Below are positions 16,637-26,800 of a stretch of 64,000 bases of DNA, piece after piece. The notes under the pieces are model-generated. The model ran no database searches, was not told where the DNA came from, and saw nothing but the letters and a program-made list of their open reading frames with translations. The stretch is taken from NCBI GenBank assembly GCA_023432985.1, contig JAEZEQ010000065.1, forward strand, positions 12 through 64,011, written 5' to 3'. The position numbers were made by a program, and so were the translations under genes. Numbering within the stretch: the stretch's first letter is position 1; every line of letters starts with the position of its first letter. Source of the DNA: Bacteroidota bacterium. GTDB lineage: Bacteria; Bacteroidota; Bacteroidia; CAIKAF01.

Positions 16637-19600
16637 ATGAAAACAGACACAACAGAAAAAGGATTAGAAGCCCATATTACACAGCACTTGTGTTTGGTGA
16701 ATGCTTTTGAAGAAAGGCATTTCAGTAATTACAATCGTGTGGATTGTGTAGATGAGGATTTGCTTTTTAATTTTCTGCAAGCTACACAGGAAATGGAAGT
16801 AATTAAATTGCAAACCATTCACGGGAGCAATTACCGAAGCAAGGTATTATATCGCTTAAACAATCAAATCAAAACCTTTGGCATTATTGAGGTTTTACGC
16901 AAAGGCATTACGGACAATAACATCAAACTCAAACTGTTTTTTGATAAACCCGTTTCCAACCTAAACGAAAAAGATTTAGCCCTTTACAACCAAAACATTT
17001 TTTCAGTTACAAGGCAAGTGCATTACAGCACACAAAATGAAAACTCGCTGGATTTGGTTGTTTTCATCAATGGTTTGCCCATCATCACGTTTGAACTAAA
17101 AAACGAACTCACCAAGCAAACAGTAAAAGATGCCATTAAGCAATATAAAACCAGTCGTGACCCAAGAGAAGAACTGTTTCGCTTAGGTCGTTGTATGGTT
17201 CACTTTGCAGTGGATAGCGAGCAAATTTGGATGGCAACCCATTTGAAAGGCGAAAACACATACTTTTTACCATTCAACAAAGGTTACAACAACGGAGCAG
17301 GAAATCCGCCTAATCCAAACGGCATCAAATCCGATTACCTCTGGAAAGACATTTTAACCAAAGACCGTTTAACCAACATCATTCAGAACTATGTTCAGTT
17401 GTTTGAAGAAGAAACGGAAAAGATTTTGCGTGACGGAAAGGTTAAAAAGGAGAAAGTAAAGAAACTGATTTTCCCACGCTATCATCAAATTGATGCCGTT
17501 GATAAACTCCTAAGCAATGCCAAAGAAAACGGAGCAGGAAAACGCTATTTAATTCAGCATTCGGCAGGTTCAGGCAAATCAAATTCCATTTCTTGGTTGG
17601 CTCATCAATTGGTTGGCTTGTTTGACAAGAACAACGAGAACACCGTTTTTGATACTGTAATTGTGGTAACCGACCGTAAAGTGTTGGATGCTCAAATCCG
17701 TAACAACATCAAACAGTTTGAGCAAGTAAAAGGAGTTGTGGAAGCCATTACCGAAGGTAGTAAGCAACTGAAAACTGCTTTAGAAGAAGGCAAGAAAATC
17801 ATCATTACCACCATTCAGAAATTCCCATACATCGTTAATGAAATAGGAGAACTGCCCGGAAATAAGTTTGCCATCATCATTGACGAAGCACACAGTAGCC
17901 AAAGCGGAAACACCGCAGGAAAGCTGAATGAAACTTTGGCTAAAGACTTTGAAAAAGTGCAGGTGGATGATGACGAATTTGTGTTTGTGGACAAAGACCA
18001 GTATGACGAACTGACTTCGGAAGACTTGGTAGTGGATATTGTGAAAGGCAGAAAGATGCTGACCAATGCCAGTTACTTTGCTTTTACAGCAACACCAAAA
18101 AACAAAACGCTTGAACTTTTCGGAGAGAAATACAACGACAACGGAAAGGAGAAATTCAGGGCATTTCATCTTTACTCCATGAAACAAGCCATAGAGGAAA
18201 ATTTCATTTTGGATGTATTGCAGAATTACACCACTTACCAAAGTTATTACGCTTTGCTAAAGAAAATTGAAGACGACCCTGCATACGATAAAAACAAGGC
18301 ACAGAAGAAACTGAAAATATTTGTTGAAAGTCATACTCATGCCATTGCCAAAAAAACAGCTTTGATAATTGACCACTTTATGGATAATGTAATCCGTAAA
18401 GCGAAAATCAACGGTTTGGCAAAAGCAATGGTCGTTACGAGCAGTCGCAGAAATGCCGTGAAATACAAAAAGGCATTTGACCAATATTTAGCAGAAACAG
18501 GAAACCCATACAAGGCAATCGTAGCATTTTCAGGAGAAATAGACGGACAAACCGAAGCTGCATTAAATCATTTTTCAAGTGCTGCCATTCCAGACGAGTT
18601 TAAGAAATCGGAATACCGTTTTTTGATTGTGGCAAACAAATATCAAACAGGATTTGACCAACCGCTTTTACATACCATGTATGTTGACAAGAAATTGGGA
18701 GGCGTAAATGCCGTTCAAACCCTTTCAAGACTGAATAGAACAACCGCAGGAAAGAAAGACACATTTGTTTTAGACTTTGCCAATGATGCAGACGAAATCA
18801 AGAAATCGTTTGACCCATTTTTTGAAACCACCATTTTAGGAGAAGCAACAGATCCGAATAAACTTTTTGACTTACAAAGTTCATTAGATGCTTTTCAGGT
18901 TTACACACCCGAACAAGTGCAGGAGTTTTCGCAAAAGATGGTTACGAATGTTCCTGTGGACCAATTGCACAGCATTTTAGATGCAGCAGCCGAAGTATTC
19001 AGAACTTCATTAACAGAAGAACAGCAAGACGACTTTAGAGCAAAATGCAAGACTTATGTTCGCTTGTATGTTTTCCTTGCTCAAATCGTTCCGTTTGTAA
19101 ATCCATATTTGGAAAGACTGTATTTGTTCCTAAACCACTTGCAAAATAAACTAGGCAAACAGCGTGACGAAGATTTGGCACAAGGTATTTTGGACAATAT
19201 AGACATGGACAGTTACCGTCTTCAAAAAGAAGGAGAATTTAATATCCAGTTGCAACAAGGTGATGAGTTAAAGCCAATTCCAACAGACATGAGAGGCGGA
19301 GCAACCGAGCCTGAAATGGAATATTTATCCAACATTGTAAAAGCATTTAACGACCGCTTTGGGACACAGTTCACTAACGAAGACAAGGTTAAAAAAATGA
19401 CTGAGGACTTAATGGCGGACGTTGCACAAGATGCAGAATTTGCGAACGCTTTTAAACATTCAGACGAACAGAACGCTAAAATCACTTTTGAAGAAGTATT
19501 GAAACGAAAACTTATTGACCACATTGAAACCAACTTTGAAGTATTTAAAGAGTTCAACGACAACAAAGAATTTCGTGACTTCTTCGCAGGGACAATGTTC

Positions 19601-19645
19601 AAAATAATGCAAAAAGACTTTTTAAGATTTAACGCAAACAAATAA
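16637..19645 (+). CDS. hsdR: Type I restriction enzyme endonuclease/translocase subunit HsdR
   Basis: N-terminal PD-(D/E)xK nuclease (DLVVFINGLPIITFELK). SF2 helicase Walker A (HSAGSGKSNS). DEAH box (IIIDEAHSSQ). 1002 aa. Confidence 0.92.
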   Translation: MKTDTTEKGLEAHITQHLCLVNAFEERHFSNYNRVDCVDEDLLFNFLQATQEMEVIKLQTIHGSNYRSKVLYRLNNQIKTFGIIEVLRKGITDNNIKLKLFFDKPVSNLNEKDLALYNQNIFSVTRQVHYSTQNENSLDLVVFINGLPIITFELKNELTKQTVKDAIKQYKTSRDPREELFRLGRCMVHFAVDSEQIWMATHLKGENTYFLPFNKGYNNGAGNPPNPNGIKSDYLWKDILTKDRLTNIIQNYVQLFEEETEKILRDGKVKKEKVKKLIFPRYHQIDAVDKLLSNAKENGAGKRYLIQHSAGSGKSNSISWLAHQLVGLFDKNNENTVFDTVIVVTDRKVLDAQIRNNIKQFEQVKGVVEAITEGSKQLKTALEEGKKIIITTIQKFPYIVNEIGELPGNKFAIIIDEAHSSQSGNTAGKLNETLAKDFEKVQVDDDEFVFVDKDQYDELTSEDLVVDIVKGRKMLTNASYFAFTATPKNKTLELFGEKYNDNGKEKFRAFHLYSMKQAIEENFILDVLQNYTTYQSYYALLKKIEDDPAYDKNKAQKKLKIFVESHTHAIAKKTALIIDHFMDNVIRKAKINGLAKAMVVTSSRRNAVKYKKAFDQYLAETGNPYKAIVAFSGEIDGQTEAALNHFSSAAIPDEFKKSEYRFLIVANKYQTGFDQPLLHTMYVDKKLGGVNAVQTLSRLNRTTAGKKDTFVLDFANDADEIKKSFDPFFETTILGEATDPNKLFDLQSSLDAFQVYTPEQVQEFSQKMVTNVPVDQLHSILDAAAEVFRTSLTEEQQDDFRAKCKTYVRLYVFLAQIVPFVNPYLERLYLFLNHLQNKLGKQRDEDLAQGILDNIDMDSYRLQKEGEFNIQLQQGDELKPIPTDMRGGATEPEMEYLSNIVKAFNDRFGTQFTNEDKVKKMTEDLMADVAQDAEFANAFKHSDEQNAKITFEEVLKRKLIDHIETNFEVFKEFNDNKEFRDFFAGTMFKIMQKDFLRFNANK

Positions 19646-19803
19646 TGCCAATGCTACAGTCTCTCTATTGCAAGTATTATGATGTTTTTCTTGTAAGCAA
19701 AATGCTCGACGAAAGCACAAATCTATTCATCAGGCTATAAACCGATAAAAATTTCTACTGTTGTAGATCTACTTTCATTTTCACACAATCCATTTTCATT
19801 TTT

Positions 19804-19873
19804 ACAAAAATCCCCCTCCCTCACTCTCACTTTTTGATAGGGAAATGAGAGTGGAGAGTATTTACTTTGTATT
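19804..19873. repeat. Copy 2 of the ~65-bp direct repeat with internal inverted repeat (CACTCTCA-N16-TGAGAGTG), downstream of hsdR
   Basis: Same orientation and about 85% identity to 5611-5672; 14.19 kb between the copies. Confidence 0.8.
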
Positions 19874-20038
19874 CCAGGCATTGACAAAAAATACATCAAT
19901 TTATACAGTCTTATACACTGTAAATCGAAATGCAGGTTTCTACGATAAATGCTCTCTCTAACCTTTTGTGATTATCAACCCGGAAGCCTGCTTTTTTCAT
20001 ATATTTTATTTAGTAGTTTTACGGTCTAATTTAATACT

Positions 20039-21646
20039 ATGAAAAAGATCTCTGCAAAAATCTTCTTATTAGCTTTAGCTATAGGAGTTAACCAACACGT
20101 GTCGGCGCAAATGAGCAGCTGGGCACACAAAAAATCGTTTAAAATTACCGAAGTCTCGGGGAATAATCTGAGCAATTATCAACTTCCAATAAGCATCAAT
20201 ACCCAGGCGCTTATTGCTGCGAACGAATTAAATGCAGACGGAAGTGATTTGCGTTTTAGTACGAATTGTCTGGGCAATACGCTTTTGTCTTATTGGATAG
20301 AATCGGGTCTGAATACGCCTAATACAACCGTATGGGTTAAAATTAACCATATTAATGCCATGGACGATTTAGAGCTTTTTATGTTTTACGGCAATCCGAT
20401 CGCTCCCGCACAAAGCAGCATTCCTGCCACTTTTGTCGGAAATTTTCCGGGTATTGCCTATGGAGCAGATACCCTTTCGGGTGGGGTCACCAATAGTCAG
20501 CGTGGATATCGTTTTTCTCCGAATGAACCTATTTTGGTGACTGATTTTGCCAAATATGAACCCAATGGCAGCATTCGGGAAGTGAATTTATTCGATTTTA
20601 ACAGTCAAAATATTCTACGTAGCGAAAACGTTTCCGGTCCCGCCGCCCAATTCAGCAGCCAATCTCTTAGTTCGCCCATTTGGCTTACACAAGGTACAGA
20701 GTACATAATCTCCATGTTTAATGGGTCCACCGATGGATATTATTTTGGCAACCTTGGTCAAAGTTCGCCACATATCACTTACTTAGAAATGCGCTATTGT
20801 AATGGCTGTTTGTCAACAACTATGCCTACAACTACTTTGGCAAATATGCATTATGGATTAGTGGATTTTTTATATTATTCCCGCAATCATCCTAACGTTA
20901 CAGCACCACTTGTGGTAGAATTACCAAACTTTCAGGCTCAGATTTTGGGAGCAGCAGTGCATTGTTCCAACGATTCCCTCTTATTGGAAGCACAGGCAAT
21001 TGGCGGAGTGGCACCTTATTTTTATGCGTGGACTTCGACCGGTACTTTTTCGGGCAATGCAACAGATCAAATTATATGGGATAAATCGTCTCAACAGGCC
21101 GATTATAGTCTAACCATTACAGATGCCGCCGGTTGCTCCTCCACCGTTTCGGCCACTGTACCCATTCATACGGCTCTATTAATAGATGCCGGGGAAGATT
21201 TAGGTGCCTGCCAAGGTTCTATGGTAACCCTTAATGCAAGTGGTCCGGATAATATCACCTGGAGTGGTGGCGTACAAAACGGGGTTGCTTTTGAAGCCCA
21301 ACAAAGTCAAACCTACTATGCATACGGCCTAGATCTCAATGGATGTGTAAGTGAAGACAGCTTGTTCTTGAGTGTGTATGATTGCACCGATTTGGATAAA
21401 TTACAGGCTCATAACCTGCATATATACCCCAATCCCGCACAATCGACCCTGACCATTCAAGGCATAGAAAGTCAGATGGAAAATATTTTACTTCTCGATG
21501 CTTCGGGCAAAACCCTTGAACAAAAATCTATAACCCATACAGGCGAAATGAAATGGGATATTTCGAATTTGGCAGAAGGCCTTTATTATTTCAGAATAAA
21601 TTGGAAAAATGGCACTGCTTATACCATACAGGTAATTAAAAAATAA
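20039..21646 (+). CDS. Secreted DUF2341-like domain protein with T9SS C-terminal sorting domain
   Basis: Signal peptide. N-terminal pattern characteristic of DUF2341 (ISINTQALIAANELNADGSDLRF...LSYWIESG...TTVWVKI). C-terminal HIYPNPAQSTLTIQG...YYFRINW...IQVIKK is a Por sorting domain. Confidence 0.7.
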   Translation: MKKISAKIFLLALAIGVNQHVSAQMSSWAHKKSFKITEVSGNNLSNYQLPISINTQALIAANELNADGSDLRFSTNCLGNTLLSYWIESGLNTPNTTVWVKINHINAMDDLELFMFYGNPIAPAQSSIPATFVGNFPGIAYGADTLSGGVTNSQRGYRFSPNEPILVTDFAKYEPNGSIREVNLFDFNSQNILRSENVSGPAAQFSSQSLSSPIWLTQGTEYIISMFNGSTDGYYFGNLGQSSPHITYLEMRYCNGCLSTTMPTTTLANMHYGLVDFLYYSRNHPNVTAPLVVELPNFQAQILGAAVHCSNDSLLLEAQAIGGVAPYFYAWTSTGTFSGNATDQIIWDKSSQQADYSLTITDAAGCSSTVSATVPIHTALLIDAGEDLGACQGSMVTLNASGPDNITWSGGVQNGVAFEAQQSQTYYAYGLDLNGCVSEDSLFLSVYDCTDLDKLQAHNLHIYPNPAQSTLTIQGIESQMENILLLDASGKTLEQKSITHTGEMKWDISNLAEGLYYFRINWKNGTAYTIQVIKK

Positions 21647-21664
21647 ATAAAATAATTAAGAATG

Positions 21665-21692
21665 AGGCCGGCTTAAATGCCGGCTTTTTTTA
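21665..21692. terminator. Bidirectional intrinsic terminator
   Basis: GGCCGGC(ttaaat)GCCGGC followed by T7. Confidence 0.75.
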
Positions 21693-22031
21693 TGCGTTGA
21701 ATTGCTCCAGAGTTTCGAAAATGGGGAGTAAGCCCTTCCCTCGCTCACTCAGGTGATACTCTATATGCAAAGGCTTTTGGGCAATGATTACCTTTACTAA
21801 AATACCGTTTTCTTCCAATTCTTTTAATGCTACCGATAAAGATTGCTTATTGGCATCGGGTATTTGGCGCAAGAGCGTGTTGAAACGAAGCGGCCCATCT
21901 ATGGCCAACTTGTAAATGCGCGCTTTCCATTTTCCCGAAAGCGTTTTCAATAAACCCTCCGCAGGACAATCTGTGACAGGTTCCGGCTTGGGAAGTGTGT
22001 GTTTGGCCTTTTGATTTTCCATCTTGTTCAA
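21690..22031 (-). CDS. HxlR family winged-helix transcriptional regulator
   Basis: CPAEGLLKTLSGKWKARIYKLAIDGPLRFNTLLRQIPDANKQSLSVALKELEENGIL is the HxlR HTH signature; 113 aa. Confidence 0.8.
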   Translation of the reverse strand: MNKMENQKAKHTLPKPEPVTDCPAEGLLKTLSGKWKARIYKLAIDGPLRFNTLLRQIPDANKQSLSVALKELEENGILVKVIIAQKPLHIEYHLSERGKGLLPIFETLEQFNA

Positions 22032-22147
22032 AGATACAAAATTCGGCCGATAGCATAAGTGAGCCCAAAATGGGTAGTCTGCTTTTTCTGACTTATTGAT
22101 TATGCAAATAATTGTACTGACCTTTGTGTAAGCTTATATAGAAATAG

Positions 22148-23152
22148 ATGAAACAGATACTTAAAATAATAGGTGTTACTTTCATTTTTCTGAGTATATC
22201 GGGAAAAATGGAGGCACAATTAAACACAAAAAATAATATGGAAAACAAAGAAACAAATCCGCTTTTATGTGATATAGAAAGTGGATCATGCGAAATGCCG
22301 GGTCAGCATACAGCGGCCGATCATCAAGCCCAATTAAACGGAACAAAGCCCGTGAAAATTATATATTTCACAGATCCGATTTGTTCGTCTTGCTGGGGCA
22401 TAGAACCACAATTGAAGAAATTGAAATTGGAATACGGACACCTAATTGACATCGAATACAGAATGGGCGGATTGCTTCCCAATTGGGATTATAATTCGGG
22501 CGGTATTAGTAAACCCGCCGATGTAGCCGTACATTGGGAAGAAGCAGGGGCTTACTACGATATGCCTATAGATGGCGATGTTTGGTACGTCGATCCTTTG
22601 GAATCTTCTTATCCGCCTTCTATTGCCGTAAAAGCGGCCGAATTGCAAAGTGAAGAAAAAGCAGTGTATTTTATGCGCAAATTGCGCGAGGGACTTTTTC
22701 TGAGCAAAAAGAATATAGCGAAATGGGAAAATATAGCCGATGCTGCGAAGGAAGCCGGACTTGATGTAGGGCAATTGGAGAAAGATTATGAAAGTGCGGG
22801 TAAAATGATGTTTCAGGCAGATTTGAACCTGGCAAGGAAAATGGGCGTAAGGGGTTTTCCAACTATTTTTCTGCTTAACGAAGACGGAATGCAGGAATTG
22901 GTATATGGATCAAGACCCTATGATGCCTACGAAAATGCCATTAAAAAACTGCATCCTGAGGCCGTGAAGAATAAATATGCAAACGATTATGCACATTTGT
23001 TTTCTCAATTCGACACCATGACTGCAAAAGAGTTTTCAGTATTAAGTGGCATGCCCCGAAATGAAGTGGAGGGCTATTTGAACAAGTTGGTCAGCGAAGG
23101 AAAACTAAAACGATTTGATTCGAAAAACGGAGGCCTTTGGTCGACTAAATAA
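22148..23152 (+). CDS. DsbA-family thioredoxin-fold protein (secreted)
   Basis: Signal peptide; CxxC in the context FTDPICSSCWGIEP; 334 aa. Confidence 0.7.
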   Translation: MKQILKIIGVTFIFLSISGKMEAQLNTKNNMENKETNPLLCDIESGSCEMPGQHTAADHQAQLNGTKPVKIIYFTDPICSSCWGIEPQLKKLKLEYGHLIDIEYRMGGLLPNWDYNSGGISKPADVAVHWEEAGAYYDMPIDGDVWYVDPLESSYPPSIAVKAAELQSEEKAVYFMRKLREGLFLSKKNIAKWENIADAAKEAGLDVGQLEKDYESAGKMMFQADLNLARKMGVRGFPTIFLLNEDGMQELVYGSRPYDAYENAIKKLHPEAVKNKYANDYAHLFSQFDTMTAKEFSVLSGMPRNEVEGYLNKLVSEGKLKRFDSKNGGLWSTK

Positions 23153-23171
23153 AAGAGAAATTGTTTTGAAA

Positions 23172-23199
23172 GTCGGGTATTATGCCCGGCTTTTTTTAT
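23172..23199. terminator. Bidirectional intrinsic terminator
   Basis: GTCGGGTA(tta)TGCCCGGC hairpin followed by T8, between convergent genes. Confidence 0.65.
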
Positions 23200-23771
23200 T
23201 TGTATTTATCATATAACCCCTTGCCTTCGGCCAATAATAGGCACATTTTTTCCAATCTGTTTTTGCGGGTTTCTTCCCTTTTTGCAGAGGAAATAAATTC
23301 AATATATTCTTTTTGTTTATAGGGAGTCAGATTGTTCCAATTGGCATTTAATTTCTTATTCGATTCCAACAAAAGAAGAATTTCATTCGGCAATTCTCCC
23401 ACAGGTTTGGGAGTCTCCTTTGGTAAAGCTTTTCCTTCTTTTTCATTCTGAATAGCCTCCTGAATATAGGCCATGATATCTTTTTCGTGGATCTGATTTT
23501 TATCCGTAAAACGCCATTGGCGCAAGGCTTTTGTTTTGCCTTCTGAGGCGGTAATCAGTACCTTTAACGGGTCTTTGAGAAATACGCCGTTGTAGAACCA
23601 AATGGCCGAGAAGTTTTTAAATCCGCCCGCACTTACTACGTTTTTACCGTTTAAACAAAAAACCGGCGCGCCCCATTTTACGGTTTCTTCCAATTCGCTT
23701 TTCCGAATAATTTGCAATAATAGGTCTACTTCATCTTTTCTGTTTTTCATATGTGGATGAATTTGGGACAA
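23196..23771 (-). CDS. YdeI/OmpD-associated family protein (DUF1801/DUF1905-like)
   Basis: WGAPVFCLNGKNVVSAGGFKNFSAIWFYNG N-terminal domain and KQKEYIEFISSAKREETRKNRLEKMCLLLAEGKGL C-terminal helix are typical of the YdeI family. The ORF begins with TTG. Confidence 0.65.
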   Translation of the reverse strand: MSQIHPHMKNRKDEVDLLLQIIRKSELEETVKWGAPVFCLNGKNVVSAGGFKNFSAIWFYNGVFLKDPLKVLITASEGKTKALRQWRFTDKNQIHEKDIMAYIQEAIQNEKEGKALPKETPKPVGELPNEILLLLESNKKLNANWNNLTPYKQKEYIEFISSAKREETRKNRLEKMCLLLAEGKGLYDKYK

Positions 23772-23891
23772 AGTTTAACCTATTTCGCCATAAAAATATC
23801 CTGTTTACGCATAAATTTTACAGCTGGGTTAACATATCTTAACACGATTCAAAAAAAATTGTATATTTGGATTTCAATAAACTACCCAACT

Positions 23892-26800
23892 ATGCAGTTC
23901 AAGAAGCTCTCTGTACTTTTTATATTGGTTTTACTTTCATCTTTTCCGCTTTTGGCGCAATCGAATGCGGATGGAATGGAGGCTAAACGTTTCAACTATA
24001 CCCAATTGGCTGAGGTGCCGCCTCGCGTTCCGGGTCAGCATCCCGAGGAAGGAAAATTGCCATATAATGCGCCCTGTGTCGATTGTGTGGAAGATATTTC
24101 GGCCAGGAAGGTGGATTATCGTTTATTCCGGGGCACAGGTTCAGATGCCGGATTGGTATATTCTCAATCGGGATATGGGGCCATACATATAGATAAAAAT
24201 GGCGAATGGATCAGTATAGATCCGCGTTTACGTGCCATTGCTCCGGGTAAATATGGAGCACCGGATCAATATTTTCCGACCGAAATAGATTTTATAAATA
24301 AGTATAGCGCAATTAAAAATCCGTCCGGCACTTTTGTGTATAACCGCAAATTGCAATTATGGCATGTGTTCAACGGGCAAGAAAGTTTGTTGGCTGATGC
24401 CGATTATTCAAACTATACAGTGGGAGCCGATGGGGCCTATGTACAGAATATTTTCCCGGGCATAGATTTGGAAATGCGGGTTGGAATGGGAAATATTAAG
24501 ACCAATTTTATTGTGAAAGAACGTCCGACCCTGGAATCGGGGAAATGGATAATCAGAGATGAGACCTTATTGCCTTCCGGTTGGAAAATGCAAGTTGAAG
24601 ATGGGAATATTGAGGTACTTAATGGCAATAATGAAGTTGAATTTACCATAGACAGAGCCTTTGGATACGACAACTCGGAAAGATTAAACGGGGTTCAATT
24701 ATTCGATTACAACATAGATGGTTCTGTGTTGGATTTAGAAATTTCCCTGGCCGACATAAGTGCTGCGGGCATGGTATATCCTTATATAATAGATCCATTA
24801 GTGAATTCGGCAGCTTCTTTGCCTCAGGCTTCTATCACCGGATCGGGATATGGAGCATCCTGTTTCACCGGATATTGTTCTTATAATTTGAATGTCCCTA
24901 CTCCTCCCAATGCCGTATTGGTGGATGTGCTTTGGAGTTTTAACTATATCGCAACCGGATTATGTTGGTTGGATGAGGGGGCGGTGACCTTTCATACAGG
25001 ATCCTGTATTAGTCCGAACCAGGCAGGTTATTACTGGTTTTGCAACAGCATAGGAGGCGGAACCTGTACAGGTAGTAATATTTCCATTTTTAATCATTTC
25101 AGTTCTTGTTTACCCGGGCCTTCTTGTACTTCTCAGAATCTGAATGTACAGATGCGTTTTTATCGCTGTTACAGCAGTGGTGCGGGTTGTAGTAATGCCT
25201 GTATTGCATCAGGATCTCCGTGGACTATGACCATAGTTGGGCGTACGGTTGAGCCAACGACCATAACGGCAAATGGAGCCTCTTCCGCAACGGTTTGTTC
25301 GGGTGCTCCGGTCGTACTTAATGCCAATGGTGCTTATGGTGTGCCACCTTATACTTATACCTGGAATCCGGGCAATGTAAATGGGAATCCGGTGACCGTT
25401 AATCCCACTTCGAGTGGAGCATATACGGTGACCATTACCGATGCATGTGGTATTACGGCCACTCAATCCGTAAATGTAAATGTATTGCCGGGACCAACAC
25501 CTCCGGTATTGTCAAGTAACGGACCTTTATGTGTGGGTCAAACCTTGAATCTTACTTCGAATGTGGGAGGAAATATACATTGGAGCGGCCCGAACGGGTT
25601 TAGTTCGACTCTTCAAAATCCCGTAATTACGAATGTGGGCATAGCTGCTTCAGGCACTTATTCGGCTTATATAATCGGCGCCAATGGGTGTACCTCCACC
25701 GTTTCTACGGTAAATGTGGTGGTAAATGCCATTCCAGCCGCTCCGGTATTGGGTTCGAATAGTCCGGTTTGTGTAGGTCAGACCATAAATCTAACTTCGA
25801 ATGCTGCCGGCATGCAATGGAGCGGACCAAACAGTTTCAGTTCCACGCTTCAAAATCCGACCCTGGCAAGCGCAACAGCAGCAATGGCGGGTGTATATTC
25901 GGGTTATTCGGTGGTTAACGGCTGTACTTCGGCGACCTCTACACATAGTGTAGTGGTGAATCCGCAACCGGTAGCTCCGACCATTTCCAGCAATAGTCCG
26001 ATTTGTTCGGGTCAAACCTTAAATCTAACTTCCAATGCCGCTTCGGGCATGCAATGGAGTGGTCCCAATGGTTTTACAGCGACCACTCAAAATCCGTCTA
26101 TCCCCAATGCAACTACGGCAGCATCGGGGACTTATTCGGCTTATGTAGCTACGGCAGGGTGTACATCGGCTACGGCCACAATAAACGTGGTGGTAAATAC
26201 CACGCCGACTGCACCTACACTGGGCTCTAATAGTCCGCTTTGTGCCGGACAAACATTGAATCTAACCTCCAATGCGGTTGGAACGGTATGGAGCGGACCA
26301 AGTGCATATAGCTCGACCCAGCAAAATCCTTCTATAGGCAATGTAGCTACTACAAATGGAGGTACATATTCGGCCTATGTAGTGGCAAATGGGTGTACTT
26401 CTCAGACCTCCACGGTGAATGTGGTTGTTAATCCAGTTCCCGCGGCTCCAACCCTTACATCCAATACTCCGCTTTGTTCGGGTGATGATTTAAATCTGAC
26501 TTCCAATTACGCTTCGGGTATGCAATGGACAGGCCCGAATGGCTTTAGTTCGACCCTCCAAAATCCGGTTATTAGTCCGGCCAATACTTCTCATACCGGT
26601 ACCTATACGGCATATAATGTGGCATTGGGGTGTACTTCTGCCAATAGTACCGTACAAGTGAATGTAAATGCTATTCCGCCTACACCGGTTGCAACGGCAA
26701 ATGGTCCGCTTTGTGCCGGTGAAACTCTGCAATTGAATTCGAATATGAGTAGTGGGAATAATTGGTGGGGCCCGAATGGTTTTACATCGACTATGCAACA

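Noticed and set aside
5611-19873. Integrase, recombinase or transposase that would explain mobility of the repeat-bounded island
   Set aside because: None of the ORFs in or next to the block has tyrosine/serine recombinase or DDE motifs. Any mobility claim is therefore only an inference from the flanking repeats and GC skew, and the regulatory-site interpretation is kept open.
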